Translations under genes and position numbers: made by a program
Assembly (NCBI GenBank): GCA_951406725.2
Contig: OX597824.1
Span: forward strand, 17,112,001 to 17,176,000
Reading direction: 5' to 3'
DNA from: Octopus vulgaris
Lineage: Eukaryota
DNA: 64,000 nucleotides
In this document: piece after piece, positions 41,771 to 56,276 of the stretch
Position numbering within the stretch: position 1 is the stretch's first letter
Layout: every line of letters starts with the position of its first letter
The notes under the pieces: generated by a model
Seen by the model: only the letters and a program-made list of their open reading frames with translations
Told to the model about the DNA's origin: nothing
Database searches by the model: none

Positions 41771-42164
41771 TATTCTTTTTGTTAAAATAGCCTTGTAATT
41801 TTATTATTTTTTTTTTTATATATATATTTGTCAAAAATGAGAAGAATTATCGATTCTGTAATTGGTCTCCATTGAAAATTCTGGAATTTTTATATGATAC
41901 AATTGTCTTTTTAAGATGAAGAAAAGAGCTTATGTAATATTCCAAAAGTCGGTAAAATAAAGGCAGAAAAGATACGAAGTGAAATGACAAAGATAAAGAA
42001 GAGGAATTTCCAACATAAATGATGAATTAATTTAGGATATAAAATTAAGCGTTCCTTGAAGAAAATTATTACGAAGATCATATATATATATATACATAAT
42101 TATATATGTATATGTATACGTACATACATATGTGTGCGTTCGTCTGTGTGAATATATGTATAAG

Positions 42165-42227
<63 letters not shown>

Positions 42228-42526
42228 GTGTGTATGCATGTATGTATATGTATATATGTATGAATCTATGTATGCATGTTTAATAGTTTTTATCTAATAT
42301 GAATAAATGAACGGTGATGAAAAATTAACATGACGCAACTATAATCTACTTATACACATGAAAGTAAGATATAGATGAATGCCTGTGTGCACGGGTGGGT
42401 GTATGTGTATATATACACACGCATATATATATATATATATATATATAAAAGGGTAGGAATATACTTGCATATAAACATATTCGTATGAGGATATAAATAT
42501 AGAGAGAGTTACATACACGCATACAG

Positions 42527-42566
<40 letters not shown>

Positions 42567-42626
42567 AGAGAGAAAGAGAGAGACAGAGAGAGAGATTTAC
42601 ATACATGCTACATACATGTATAAAGA

Positions 42627-42687
<61 letters not shown>

Positions 42688-42692
<5 letters not shown>

Positions 42693-42741
42693 TGTGTTTA
42701 TACGTATTCATATATATAATCAGATCTACATTATCTGCATG

Positions 42742-42791
<50 letters not shown>

Positions 42792-42865
42792 ATATATGAG
42801 TGTGTTTATACGTATTCATATATATAATCATATCTACATTATCTACATGAAATTATATATATATA
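42688..42865. repeat. ~108-bp tandem duplication between (TA)n tracts
   Basis: atgagtgtgtttatacgtattcatatatataatca.atctacattatct.catgaaatt is present twice. Confidence 0.88.
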
Positions 42866-43523
42866 TAGCGATATGTGTATATATATTTATATGTATAATA
42901 TATATATATATACATATATATATACACACACACATATATATGTGTATATATATATATATATACCCACATATATATATGTGCGTGTGTATATATACATGTA
43001 TATATGTCTATGTGGAAACTTACAATATAAGTATGTAGCTCTATGCTTAATCTATGTATATATGTATGCATGTGTGTATTGGTAGCTCTGAATATGTGCC
43101 TGTGTGCATCTCTCTGTATGTAGTTTGTGGTTGTAGCTGGCAATTTCTGCCATCGTTTACTCTTGCATTTGATGTATCTACACCTCTATATTAGTGCGTG
43201 CGGCGGATGTGTGTGATTGCATGTGCGTTTATACATGCATGTGTGTGCGTGTGCGTGTGTGTGTGTGTGTGTTTGAGTGTGAAAGAAAACGTGAGATAAT
43301 AAGGGAAAGTCTGTGTGTATGTGACTATGTGTCTGTGTGTCTGGTGGTGATATATATATAATTCATGCTAAGATAATTATATGTAGATATAATTTCGAAG
43401 GTAACGATAAAGCTGTAATCTTTAAATTGAAGTTATTCCTGAGAAGATATTGCAGCATCGCCATTGAGAAATGCCTGAATACGTAATTATATATTACATA
43501 TGCGAAATACTTACATACATACA

Positions 43524-43628
<105 letters not shown>

Positions 43629-43629
43629 G

Positions 43630-43671
<42 letters not shown>

Positions 43672-43698
43672 AGTCTATCTATCAATCAATCTACCTAT

Positions 43699-43745
<47 letters not shown>

Positions 43746-44268
43746 ATATATATATATATATATATATATACATACACACACACACATATATATATACATA
43801 TATACATACACACGTACACACATATGTATATGCAAATATGTACATATACACATATATATATATATATATGTACATATATAATACGTATATGCATATATAT
43901 ATATATACATATATTATGTACTTATTTAATATGTATGTATATATATACATATAAAAATATATATGTATACATGTTAAGAATTTTTTTAATAATATGTCAG
44001 AGTTAAAGGTCATCGAATCGTTGATGATTACGTCATTAGATATAATATTAATATAACCTGCAGATTATGCTTAGGTTATCGAAAATTTGAAAAATTTAAG
44101 CAGTATTTTTTAGAAACATATTAAGCATATTAATCATTAGATGTGATCTTAGAAATGCGAAACAGCTGTAAATTTCAATAATTGCCCATATGCTGTAAGA
44201 ACCGTATTCTTTCTTATTATCTATGTATCTATCTGTCAAATATCTCTACCATTCTCTCTCCGTTTATG

Positions 44269-44336
<68 letters not shown>

Positions 44337-44337
44337 A

Positions 44338-44490
44338 GCGTAGGCGTGGCTTTGTGGCTTGAAAACCATAAGATTCTGGGTTTAGCCCCACTGCATGGCA
44401 CCTTGGGTAAGTGTCTTCTACAACGGTTTCGGGACAACCGGATCCTTTTGAGTAGATTTGATACACGTATATATATATATATATATATAT
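44338..44490 (+). mobile_element. Diverged 5' half of a family B SINE
   Basis: gcgtaggcgtggctttgtgg..cccactgcatggcaccttgggtaagtgtcttcta. Confidence 0.7.
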
Positions 44491-44504
44491 ACGATAGGCT
44501 TCAT

Positions 44505-44585
<81 letters not shown>

Positions 44586-44651
44586 GTCTGTGTGTGAGTG
44601 CGTGTTTGTGTGTGCGCGCGTGTGTGTGTGTGTGTGTGTGTGTGAGTGTAT

Positions 44652-44880
44652 GTAGGCTCGTGGGTCAGTGGTTAGGCTGTCAGCATCATGATCCTAAGAT
44701 TGTGGTTTCGAATCCCGGACCGGGCGACGCGTTGTGTTCTTGAGCAAAACACTTCATTTCACGTTGCTCCAGTCCACTCAGCTGGCAAAAAAATACGCCA
44801 TTGACTGGGGAACATATACGACATTGAAACAGGGAGACCGGGTCCCTGAGCCTGGCTAGGCTTTAAAGGGGCGCATTTAT
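44652..44880 (+). mobile_element. tRNA-derived SINE, family D (internal deletion)
   Basis: Head cagtggttagg..ggtttcgaatccc, body gcgttgtgttcttgagcaaaacacttcatttcacgttgctccag, tail cctggctaggctttaaaggggcgcattta. Confidence 0.85.
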
Positions 44881-45211
44881 TATTATCTATCATATATGTA
44901 CATATTTAAGTGTGTGTCTTTGTGTCAATATATTTATCCCACATTATATCGACATAACCATGAAGCAAGCACAAAAATCTGTCTTTCTAGTCAGTATCAT
45001 CACACGGTAGCCGGCATAGTGAAATAGAAGTTTTATTTGTACAAACCTAATATTACCTGAAACAAATTTGAAAGCGCTTACACACACGCACGCACATATG
45101 TAAATATATATATATATATATATATAGTCATATAGACTATATATATATATATATATATATGTCAGTGCATTATATATTATAGATTATATTATATCGACTG
45201 AATACTAAATC

Positions 45212-45427
45212 ATTTACTTGTTTCAGCCATTTGACTGTGGCCATGCTTGAGCACCGCCTTTAGTCGAACAAATCGGTCCCAGGACTTACTCTTTGTAAGC
45301 CTAGTACTTATTCTATCGGTCTCTTTTGCCGAGCCGTTAAGTTACGGGGTCCTAAACACACCACCATCGATTGTCAAGCGATTTCGCGGGACAAACACAG
45401 GCACACAAACACAGACACAGACACACA

Positions 45428-45478
<51 letters not shown>

Positions 45479-45642
45479 GATGGGCTTCTTTCAGGTTCTG
45501 TCTACCAAATCCACTCACAAGGCTTTTTTCGGCCCAAGGATATAGTAGAAGACACTTGGCCAAGTTGCCACGCAGTGGGAATAAACACGGAACCATGTGG
45601 TTGGTATACTAGCTACTTACCTCACAGCCACTCCCGCGCCTA
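45212..45642 (-). mobile_element. Family B SINE, full length
   Basis: Complete match to family B. Confidence 0.9.
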
Positions 45643-45858
45643 TACCAGTAGATATCTTAATATTGTTTGATCGCTTCTTTTTTACACCAAATGATTTTAC
45701 TACACAACCAAAAGCATATACTTGTACCTAGGACGGATAAAATTCTTTAGTTTTTCTCTTTTATATTTATTTTTCATTGCTTTTCAAGTGCTAGTTTTTA
45801 TTCTGAAACCAATTACGCATTGATGTGTCGTGTTATATGTTGGTATGTTTAGATTTTA

Positions 45859-46174
45859 AGGCGGCGAGCTGGCAGAAACGTTTGCACGCCGGGCGAAATG
45901 CGTAGCCGTATTTCGTCTGCCGTTACGTTCTGAGTTCAAATTCCGCCTAGGTCGACTTTGCTTTTCATCCTTTCGGGGTCGATTAAATAAGTACCAGTTA
46001 CGCACTGGGGTCGATATATTCGACTTAATCCGTCTGTCAGTCCTTGTTTGTCCTCTCTTGTAGGTAGTAAAAAAATAGGTATTTCGTTTGCCGTTACGTT
46101 CTGAGTTCAAATTCCGCCAAGGTCGACTTTGCCTTTCATCCTTTCGGGGTCGATAAATTAAAGCACCAGTTACA
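45859..46174 (+). mobile_element. Tandem family C SINE (one full unit plus a partial headless unit)
   Basis: Junction gtagtaaaaaaata|ggtatttcg. Confidence 0.9.
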
Positions 46175-46641
46175 TGGTCTTTTCTAATCCCATTTTTAGC
46201 GTACAATTTTAATTCTGGTAAATCGTTTCTACTGTTTATGTCTATCCTTTGTGCGTTGCGTCAGCCTCTGTTATATAATTTTCGTTCCTATCATGATACA
46301 AAGCTGTTATTCTTGTCGCTTGGACGTTTATAATAATTCTCCCATTATTTATAGCAGATAATTTTGTCGTCTTACATTTGTTATGTTACAATACTCGTAG
46401 GCAACCTCCTCACTGTATTTACATTCAAAACAAATCCGTGCCTACTTGTAGAGTCGTATCCTAAGTGCAGTCAAGATTCTTTGTATTTTCAAGGAGAGTT
46501 TTAGGTTACATCTGCAAATACTATAAATATGGTTTATTACTGAAATAACTAGTGCCATTAACGAGTTCTTTATTAATCTTTTAATATTAAATGTAATGTA
46601 AATATTAATGAGTTTAAAATATTCCTTCCTAATCTTCTCTG

Positions 46642-46681
<40 letters not shown>

Positions 46682-46876
46682 ATTTTGTGAAAGCCTAATT
46701 TCTAACGTATTTCTAAATCTCTGTTAGATATAATAAAAAAAAAAAAAAACAATCGGTATCTTTCTTAATTGACATTTTCTTAAAATTTTCCTTATATTTA
46801 ATGTTGCATTTTTGTATTTTCTAAACTACGTTTTATGTCATTTCTTTAAATATATATGTGTGAGTATGTATACATA

Positions 46877-46943
<67 letters not shown>

Positions 46944-46968
46944 TGTTTTTATAATATTATTATTTTTA

Positions 46969-47074
<106 letters not shown>

Positions 47075-47095
47075 CTTATAATACATACTTATACA

Positions 47096-47136
<41 letters not shown>

Positions 47137-47241
47137 CATACATGTATATATATATATATACTTGTATATATAATATATATATGTATGTGTATATAAATAT
47201 GTATATATAAGCATACATATATGTGTGTATACATATAGATA

Positions 47242-47343
<102 letters not shown>

Positions 47344-47859
47344 CAGTTTGTAGCTTATGCTTACCTTTGTTTATCAACTCCAGTAATAATTTTCAAGATA
47401 TCTGTTTAAAAAAAATCATATATTATGAGATTACATGCCCCGTAGCGGAGCTCATCCTTGAGTCACATATCAGATAAACATCTGAACGTTAGCCAGGAAC
47501 GAAAGTAGAGAAATCTCTTTTCATATTTATCATCCCATAGAAATGATTTATAAAAAAATCTGTGAGCAATGTACGCGTAGACTTTTACATCTTTCTCGCC
47601 AACCAACGTCTGTGAACACACAATGTCAAGATTATTGTCGAGTAAATGAAACACTTCGTATTCGTTACGTCATTTGTATTTCATTAGTATAAAGTATAAA
47701 TATTATTCGTTCATCTGCTGATTGGGTGTAAGCATATCAAAACGCTCTATAACGCTCTTATCCGTAGAAATGTCTCTCTTATTGAAGTTTTCAAATTTAG
47801 CTGCTTGTTAACGGTGCAGTCATATTTATAAACCGTATTATTCATACCTACATCACTTC

Positions 47860-47930
47860 ATATGGCGTAGCGGTTTAGAGTGCGGGCTACTAACCCCGAG
47901 ATTCCGAGTTCGATTCCAGGCAGTGAGCTG
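47860..47930 (+). mobile_element. tRNA-like head followed by (AAT)n; probable 5' part of a composite element continuing at 48918-49318
   Basis: tggcgtagcggtt (A box) and gagttcgattcc (B box); homologue at 30002-30064 on the minus strand; no convincing acceptor stem. Confidence 0.65.
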
Positions 47931-47967
47931 AATAATAATAATAATAATAATAATAACAATAATAATC

Positions 47968-48023
<56 letters not shown>

Positions 48024-48025
<2 letters not shown>

Positions 48026-48448
48026 ACAGATTTGCTTGTCAGTTGTTTGGCCGTAACCAGTTGAGCATGTCCCTTAGTGGCTGACGATATGTGCATCTCT
48101 GATCACGAGCAGAAGTAGTGGGGTAGCATCATAGCCATGTGTTGAGAGGGATTCTTTGGGGTTTGAATAATTCACCTCTGGAAACATGGGTGGTTCTTTC
48201 AACATCTTTAAACAACCCTTATTCAGGGACCTTTTGAGCTGGATGGGCTACTCAACATGAAGAAAATTCTAACTGGGCCCCAAGGTCATGTGCTGTTTAT
48301 CTTGATATGAGATCACCATGTCGCGCACATATGATTGTGATGCATGTGCCTGGTGTACCCTTATCAGACGGGTAGTCATGATGGGTATATTGGGCTTCGT
48401 ATATTTTACCCCAGTGTCACTTTGATGGCATGAACTGCTCTCTCACTC

Positions 48449-48449
<1 letters not shown>
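48024..48449 (+). mobile_element. Family T element, more strongly 5'-truncated, embedded in (TAA)n
   Basis: High identity to 23334-23764; (TAA)n on both sides. Confidence 0.88.
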
Positions 48450-48486
<37 letters not shown>

Positions 48487-48502
48487 CAACAACAACAACA
48501 AC

Positions 48503-48543
<41 letters not shown>

Positions 48544-48634
48544 CAACAACAACAACAACAATAGCAACAACAATAATAATAATAATAATAATAATAACAA
48601 CAACAACAACAACAACAACAATAGCAACAACAAC

Positions 48635-48672
<38 letters not shown>

Positions 48673-48917
48673 AAATGCAAAAATTCAGTGTTAACTGGAA
48701 CGACTCATTTAGTGAGAAAAGCATTCTCTCTGTGAAAAGAACATCCATTCATGAATTTATTTATTAATTTTTTTAAAATACATATTTTACCTATGAATTT
48801 GAGTGTGTAATGTGGGAATGCATACAATGAGCTTCTCTGCCCTAGATATACGGGAAACACTCAGCAAGAAATGGAAGAAAATTTGAAGAAAGAAGGAAAA
48901 CAACAATAATTATAATA

Positions 48918-49318
48918 CCTATCGAAAAATACCTTAGGAATGAGAACCCAGGTTCGAAATTTCCCCCAAGACACCTGATGAAGGCTGGAGGGTACATCAG
49001 ACATTAACAACAACCAAGATGCGGATAAATATCCGTCAATTGTAAATAATGTACACAATTGGAGGCGCAATGGCCCAGTGGTTAGGGCAGCGGACTTGCG
49101 GTCGGAGGATCGCGGTTTCGATTCCCAGACCGGGCGTTGTGTGTGTTTACTGAGCGAAAACACCTAAAAGCTCCACGAGGCTCCGGCAGGGGGTGGTGGT
49201 GATCCCTGCTGTACTCTTTCACCACTCTAAAGGCGGTGCTCCAGCATGGCCGCAGTCAAATGACTGAAACAAGTACAAAAAAAAAAAAAAAATTCCTCAT
49301 CTCTTAAATATAGAATTG
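48918..49318 (+). mobile_element. Penelope-like non-autonomous element body with half a hammerhead core, interrupted by a SINE
   Basis: acacCTGATGAaggctg..tcag at ~48971-49000 with no following GAAA; downstream sequence matches 30088-30170. Confidence 0.5.
49061..49290 (+). mobile_element. Chimeric SINE: family A head, family B tail, A-rich end
   Basis: A sequence up to gtactctttcaccac, then aaaggcggtgctccagcatggccgcagtcaaatgactgaaacaagtac(A)n; aatt on both sides. Confidence 0.88.
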
Positions 49319-49715
49319 TGCATCACTTCTGTTTTTGAAAGAGTGAAGGGCTTTTCGTATTGGGGTGTGCAGTTATTTTCGCGTTATTACAATTTAGGGT
49401 ATTTCTCTCAAAGACAGGTTTAGGTCAGTAGTGTAGCTTTTCGCTTTTGTAAGATGGGAGTTGATTCTTAGACTGTAGTCCTTTCAAAACAGGAAATATT
49501 TTATGAGATATTTCAGTTTCTTTCAAGCATTCCTCTGCAAAGTTGTCAACGTCGTCTTCATTAAATTATTTATCATCCTCTTCTACCAATCTCATGTTCC
49601 TACTCTATCGCGCTCTTCAGTATCGTCGTCATCATCATCAAAATAATGTCATCAGCGTCGTCGTAAACATTATCATCACATGACAACTACCACTACCACG
49701 ACCACCACCCTCACC

Positions 49716-49747
<32 letters not shown>

Positions 49748-49771
49748 CAACAACAGCAACAGCAGCAGCGT

Positions 49772-49868
49772 GGAGGCGCAATGGCCCAGTGGTCAGGGCA
49801 GCGGACTCGTGGTCTTAAGAACGCAGTTTCGATTCCCAGACCGGGCAGTGTGAGTGTTTATTGAGCAA
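49772..49868 (+). mobile_element. Family A SINE head only
   Basis: tggaggcgcaatggcccagtgg..gtgtttattgagc inside low-complexity trinucleotide DNA. Confidence 0.85.
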
Positions 49869-50074
49869 AGAAGAAGAAGAAGAAAAAGAAGAAGATGACG
49901 AAGACAACAGCAGCAACACGAATATCATCATCATCATCATCATCATCAACAACATCACCATTACCATCATCTTAGTATATATAATCAGCATCGCGGTCGT
50001 CATGATCATGTTCGTGATCAATATAATCATCATGATCATGATCATCATCACAGACGCTACCTCATGCGTCGTAG

Positions 50075-50128
<54 letters not shown>

Positions 50129-50747
50129 CATTAAAACCACCACCACCACCAACAACAAAAACAACAACAACAACAACAACAACAATACTAACAATAACAA
50201 CATCAACGACACCAACACGACCCCCCCCCCCCATCAATAATAGTATCATCAGCATCCTCATCACCATTTACATCAGCACCCACCATCGATGTCATTATTA
50301 CCATCGTTGTCCACGTCGTCGTCATCAAGTCTTTTCTCATCATCGTCATGATTAGGAATTCTCAAATTACTTCATCTTCCGAGAAACAATAGCAAAGATG
50401 AAATAAATAACCTTTAGAAAGAAAGGAAAAAAAAAAAAAAAAAAACGAAATGAATATCTGTTAATTTGATACGATATAGTATATAAAAAGAAACTTCTAG
50501 ACATAGAAATTAGATCAGACGGATGAAAAACAATTTTTAGAAATGATTTCATATAAATAGCTTTGGTTCACATGCTTCCGTTCAAAGCTAATTTTCTGCT
50601 CCACTAAAACAATGCTACGAGACAAATAATACGAGCAAAAGAGAGAAAAAAAAAACCTTTATGTAATATTTTGCATCATATTAATGAAAAGTGTGTGTGC
50701 TAATGTTATCAGGTACATATACGAATGTGTCTCTATGTGTGTATTTA

Positions 50748-50821
<74 letters not shown>

Positions 50822-51782
50822 CATAACATATATATACGATGTATATACATATATATATATACATACATATATATACATATATATATATACATGCATATAT
50901 ATACATATATATAGAGATATACATATACATATATATGTGCCTGTTTTTGTCTGTGAGCTTATATGACATATATAGCGTTACACTATTTTGTTCAACTGAA
51001 TTACAAACGATTTTTTTTATTTCAATTAAGCATGCTTACATACTTACATAAATACATACATACATAGTACATACATAATTACATACATACATAAATACCT
51101 ACATACATACATACGTTTATTCAAGCCTTTGGTGAAAATCTTCAAAGTGCATTTATAGTGCTTTGAAAATTTTTCTTTCATATGTCTAACCAAAAATTCC
51201 TACCTTTCGTACCACTAAGCCAATCCAGGATAAAAGATCCGAACTCAACTCTTCTCAATGAACCGCCGTATACGAAAATTATTGCTAACGAGCTTGAAAG
51301 TGGACCTAAACTAAGTTACACATACAAAGCCTGGACGCCACGATTAATGTAGACTTCCACATAACTAGCTACATGTACACCGACATCTCATGACATACAA
51401 TAGAATCAAATTCAGAGCATTAGAAGAGCATGTTAACGTCGAAAAGAATAGTCTATCACTAAAGAGGTGTTTAACTAGAGCACAAAGCTGCTGAACTTTA
51501 ACAGCGCAAAATAGCGAACGCCAACGCAGCAAATCTCACCATTTGAATAATCTCTCTCTATATAAAGCTGAAGTTGTCTGTGTATGGTAGGTTTGGTAGC
51601 CTTCAACTAACACTATCTCCTCCCAGACCATGCGGCGCAAGTTGACCTCCACATACATGTATATATATATATATATATAAAAAAATTTATAAATGAGGAT
51701 GAAAAATTGATATTAGTTTAATAATACCATTAATTTAACACCGAGTGGCTTAGCACAAAAAACTACGGAGAAAATACAAATT

Positions 51783-52009
51783 TATACATAAATTATTAGA
51801 GAGTTAACCACTATGTGGATAACTCTAGTGCTAAAAATAGCCCGATAGTATAGCCACAGTAAAAGATGTTTCCAATTAGAAATAACATACATTTAAATGT
51901 ATGTTAAATGTATGTTATTTCTAATTGGAAACATCTTTTTCTGTGGCTATACTATCGGAGCTATTTTTAGCACTAGAGTTATCCACATAGTGGTAACTCT
52001 CTAATAATT

Positions 52010-52017
<8 letters not shown>
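51783..52017. repeat. Foldback palindrome, ~110-bp arms
   Basis: tatacataaattattagagagttaaccactatgtggataactctagtgctaaaaatagc..gaaataacatacattt and its near-perfect reverse complement; small duplication aaatgtatgtt at the centre. Confidence 0.96.
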
Positions 52018-52053
<36 letters not shown>

Positions 52054-52154
52054 GTAAAAACGGTAAGATAACAAAAGAAAGAAAATGACCTCAATATTAT
52101 GTAAACAGAGGAAATTTATCTGTAAAATAATATGTGACAATTATTCGGTAACCA

Positions 52155-52217
52155 AGATAAAACTCTGAGTTTCGGAAGCCGAGGTGGAAATCCACAGCAC
52201 CATCTCTTCGGTTATCT
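52155..52217 (-). ncRNA. Candidate minimal type I hammerhead ribozyme (variant core), Penelope-like context
   Basis: Minus strand agataa-CCGAAGA-gatggtgctgtggatttccacctcggcttcc-GAAA-ctcagag-TT-ttatct: 6-bp stem I, U4C core variant, imperfect stem II with inner gtgga/tccac hairpin, short ctc/gag stem III, GUU triplet. Confidence 0.55.
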
Positions 52218-52399
52218 AGCCATCTGAAAAACGCTATGAAAAACGACCGTTATACAAAGGGAAATTACTGTGTTATAGTCTGTGCACTCAGCTGAGTGTA
52301 TATATTAGTATATACCATCTAAAGTACATATATATCTGCACACACATGTATTAGTTTCAAAGTTTGAAACAATGTCACCAATTTCGGAGGAGGTGTTAA

Positions 52400-52544
52400 G
52401 TCGATTACATCGACCCCGGTGCTCAGCTGGTACTTAGGCAACGTCGACTTCGGCAGCATTTGAACTCAGAACGTAAAGAACGACGAAATACAGCTAAGCA
52501 TCTTGCCCAGTGCGGTAACGATTCTGCCTGCACACCGCCTTCAT

Positions 52545-52545
<1 letters not shown>
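52400..52545 (-). mobile_element. Diverged family C-type SINE
   Basis: catcgaccccggtg..tttgaactcagaacgtaa..gacgaaata..ctaagca. Confidence 0.7.
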
Positions 52546-52609
<64 letters not shown>

Positions 52610-52651
52610 ACACACACAAACAAACAGCATGTTACGTAATATGCTTTTATT

Positions 52652-53113
<462 letters not shown>

Positions 53114-53649
53114 TGTAAAATATATATTTACTCTTGGTTCGAAAATTTAATCGGTGAAAATACAGCAGATACCTCCTCTCCTTTTTAAGAACATCCAATT
53201 CATTGATAACTGCCGAATTTCTTCAAATGCATAAGGTCGCTTACGTCAGCTTTTGAATACCTCCGTATGATAAGTATAAATCATGTATTAGAGATTTAAG
53301 AATCTCCTTCATACCTCTTATTTATGATTTACATATATACTTTTGCCCAAGCCATCGCTGGGTTTTGCAAACTTTGTAATATACTTTAGTGCATAAACTT
53401 GGTCATAGAAAACGATTTTATGGTAGAAATAGTTTACTAAATTTTTTTCGTAAGAGAAAATATTTTTGATGATGTAAGTTACCTGCGAATTTTCGAGAAT
53501 ATGAAATAATTGTAGTGTTATCCATAATTGTGAGTCAGAAATTATTCTATCATACAAACGAGGATTATATTTCTAACAATAGCATTGAATTTATCGTTAT
53601 TAAAAATAGTGTAGTACATAAAAAACATTTAACTATACATATACGAAAC

Positions 53650-53688
<39 letters not shown>

Positions 53689-53766
53689 TGCTTGCCTGTA
53701 TCTAAATATATATATACACACACACACTCTCCTATCTCTGTATATATATATACATATATATATATA

Positions 53767-53907
<141 letters not shown>

Positions 53908-54118
53908 TCTTTATCTATCTATTTGAATGTGTGTTTAAAGAAACATTCACGGGGGCTGATTTCTGGTGGTAAAGAGATGAATATTTGGCTTTCCCAAATA
54001 AAGAAACTTAGCTTAGAATACAAACAAACCCTGTACTAAAACAGCTTGAGAGTGAAAGAACATTGAACGATAAGATATACACACATAACAAATATACATA
54101 CATACATACATACATACA

Positions 54119-54151
<33 letters not shown>

Positions 54152-54666
54152 GTAAATATATATATTCATATATATATATGTATATGTATGGATGTATATG
54201 TATGATTATAAATGTACATGATTATAGAAATAAAACAGAACAGAGGTGGCTTCTAAATAGATAACTTTTAAACATAGAGAGCTGATACTATGTGTCATGG
54301 CGTTATTGCATTATTCTCTCTACTAAGCGACTCGGTTATGTTGACATTGCTGTTAGCCATACGTGGTTGTTGAAATGTGGTTAAGAATGAAATTAAAATT
54401 ATTCGAGCGTAAACAAAATAACAATGTTTAAAATAAAAATACCGAAGAGGATAAAGAAATATATATACGTTTATACATACATACATACACGTTTGGATTA
54501 AAATTATATATATATATATATATATATAGATAGATAGATAGATAGATAGACATATAGATATATATATATGTACATATATATACATACATACAAACATATA
54601 TATATGTTTATATATATACATATTTGTAAATATATATGCGTTTATATATATGGTTGTTTGTATGTA

Positions 54667-54743
<77 letters not shown>

Positions 54744-54800
54744 TCATTCACATATATATACATATATATATATATGTATATATACATATATTTATATATG

Positions 54801-54928
<128 letters not shown>

Positions 54929-55690
54929 GCATACATATTATAATGTAATTTACATCAAAAACAACCGCAAGTAGAATATAATGTATTTGTCGAAAAAAAA
55001 ATGTAAATAAATAAAAAATAAGAAGCACCTGAAAAAATCCACACATCTCTTAACTTGATTTAAATCAGTTGCTGTTTTTTTTTTTTTTCATTATTTGTAT
55101 ATTTTGTATTATACTTCTTTTTGCTTTTTTTTTTATTATCCTTTTTATTTTTCGTCTTTATTTGTATTCATTGTTTAACTTGAACCGTCATCTGATGAAA
55201 TAACCTGTTGGCAAATGATCCAAAAATGCAACAAATTCAAACAGCTCCAAACTATGAAACTAAACATGAATACCATCTAGATCTTATTTCTTCCTCTATC
55301 ACATTTTAACCTCATGACGTAAAAATCCAAAATAGAATCAGAATGTGACAATAGTATATTTTTAAAATTTTTCTTTATTTGCTTTTTTTTTTTTTTTTTA
55401 ATCAACTTTCAGATTTGACCGAACAAAAATACACACGAAAAATTTTTTGTTTTGCTAAAAGCAAACCGTTTTCCCTAAGATGAGCATTTGGTATTTTCGT
55501 TTCCCCGTTATATTCGATTGACAGATCATGATTGCTAAATCGTATGTATATAAAGTCGAATTAACAAAGTCGCATTCACGCAAAGTACACCTAATAGCTA
55601 CGTATATGTATGCGTTTGAACATGTGTTTGTTTGTTTGTTTGTTTGTCTGTTTGTACGCGCGAAGGTATGTGTGTGTTTTGTGAATGAAA

Positions 55691-55722
<32 letters not shown>

Positions 55723-55872
55723 CTATGTGTGCATCTGTCGGTGTGTGTGTGTGTGTGTGTGAGTGCTTCTATGAATGCGTGTGAATTTCATAATTTCGAC
55801 ATGCGCCTTATATGAGAGTTAACCATCTTTGACGTTTCAATCACATATATATTAAAAAGAAAACTTTATATC

Positions 55873-55918
<46 letters not shown>

Positions 55919-56061
55919 ATACAGACATACACACAGACACACAGGCATACAGACACACACACACGCATATATGTACACATGCTTAATATAGAGGTGCTAA
56001 GTTTAGCACTAAATTTTATATGAATGTGAGATGGATACACGTACGTATATACATACATACA

Positions 56062-56106
<45 letters not shown>

Positions 56107-56133
56107 ATATCTATCTATCTATCTATCTATGTA

Positions 56134-56194
<61 letters not shown>

Positions 56195-56214
56195 CATATG
56201 TGTCTGTGTATATA

Positions 56215-56276
<62 letters not shown>

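Noticed and set aside
46370-46445. Minus-strand Cys-containing segment ARICFECKYSEEVAYEYCNITN followed by gtaaga, a possible exon
   Set aside because: Weak splice acceptor, no partner exons and no recognisable homology.
47463-47654. Non-repetitive short ORFs (63 aa here; 79 aa at 53318-53557)
   Set aside because: No recognisable domain; lengths are within chance expectation.
51551-51646. Possible Helitron 5' end (tctctatataaagctgaagttgtctgtg)
   Set aside because: No matching 3' hairpin or CTAG terminus found; too short to support.
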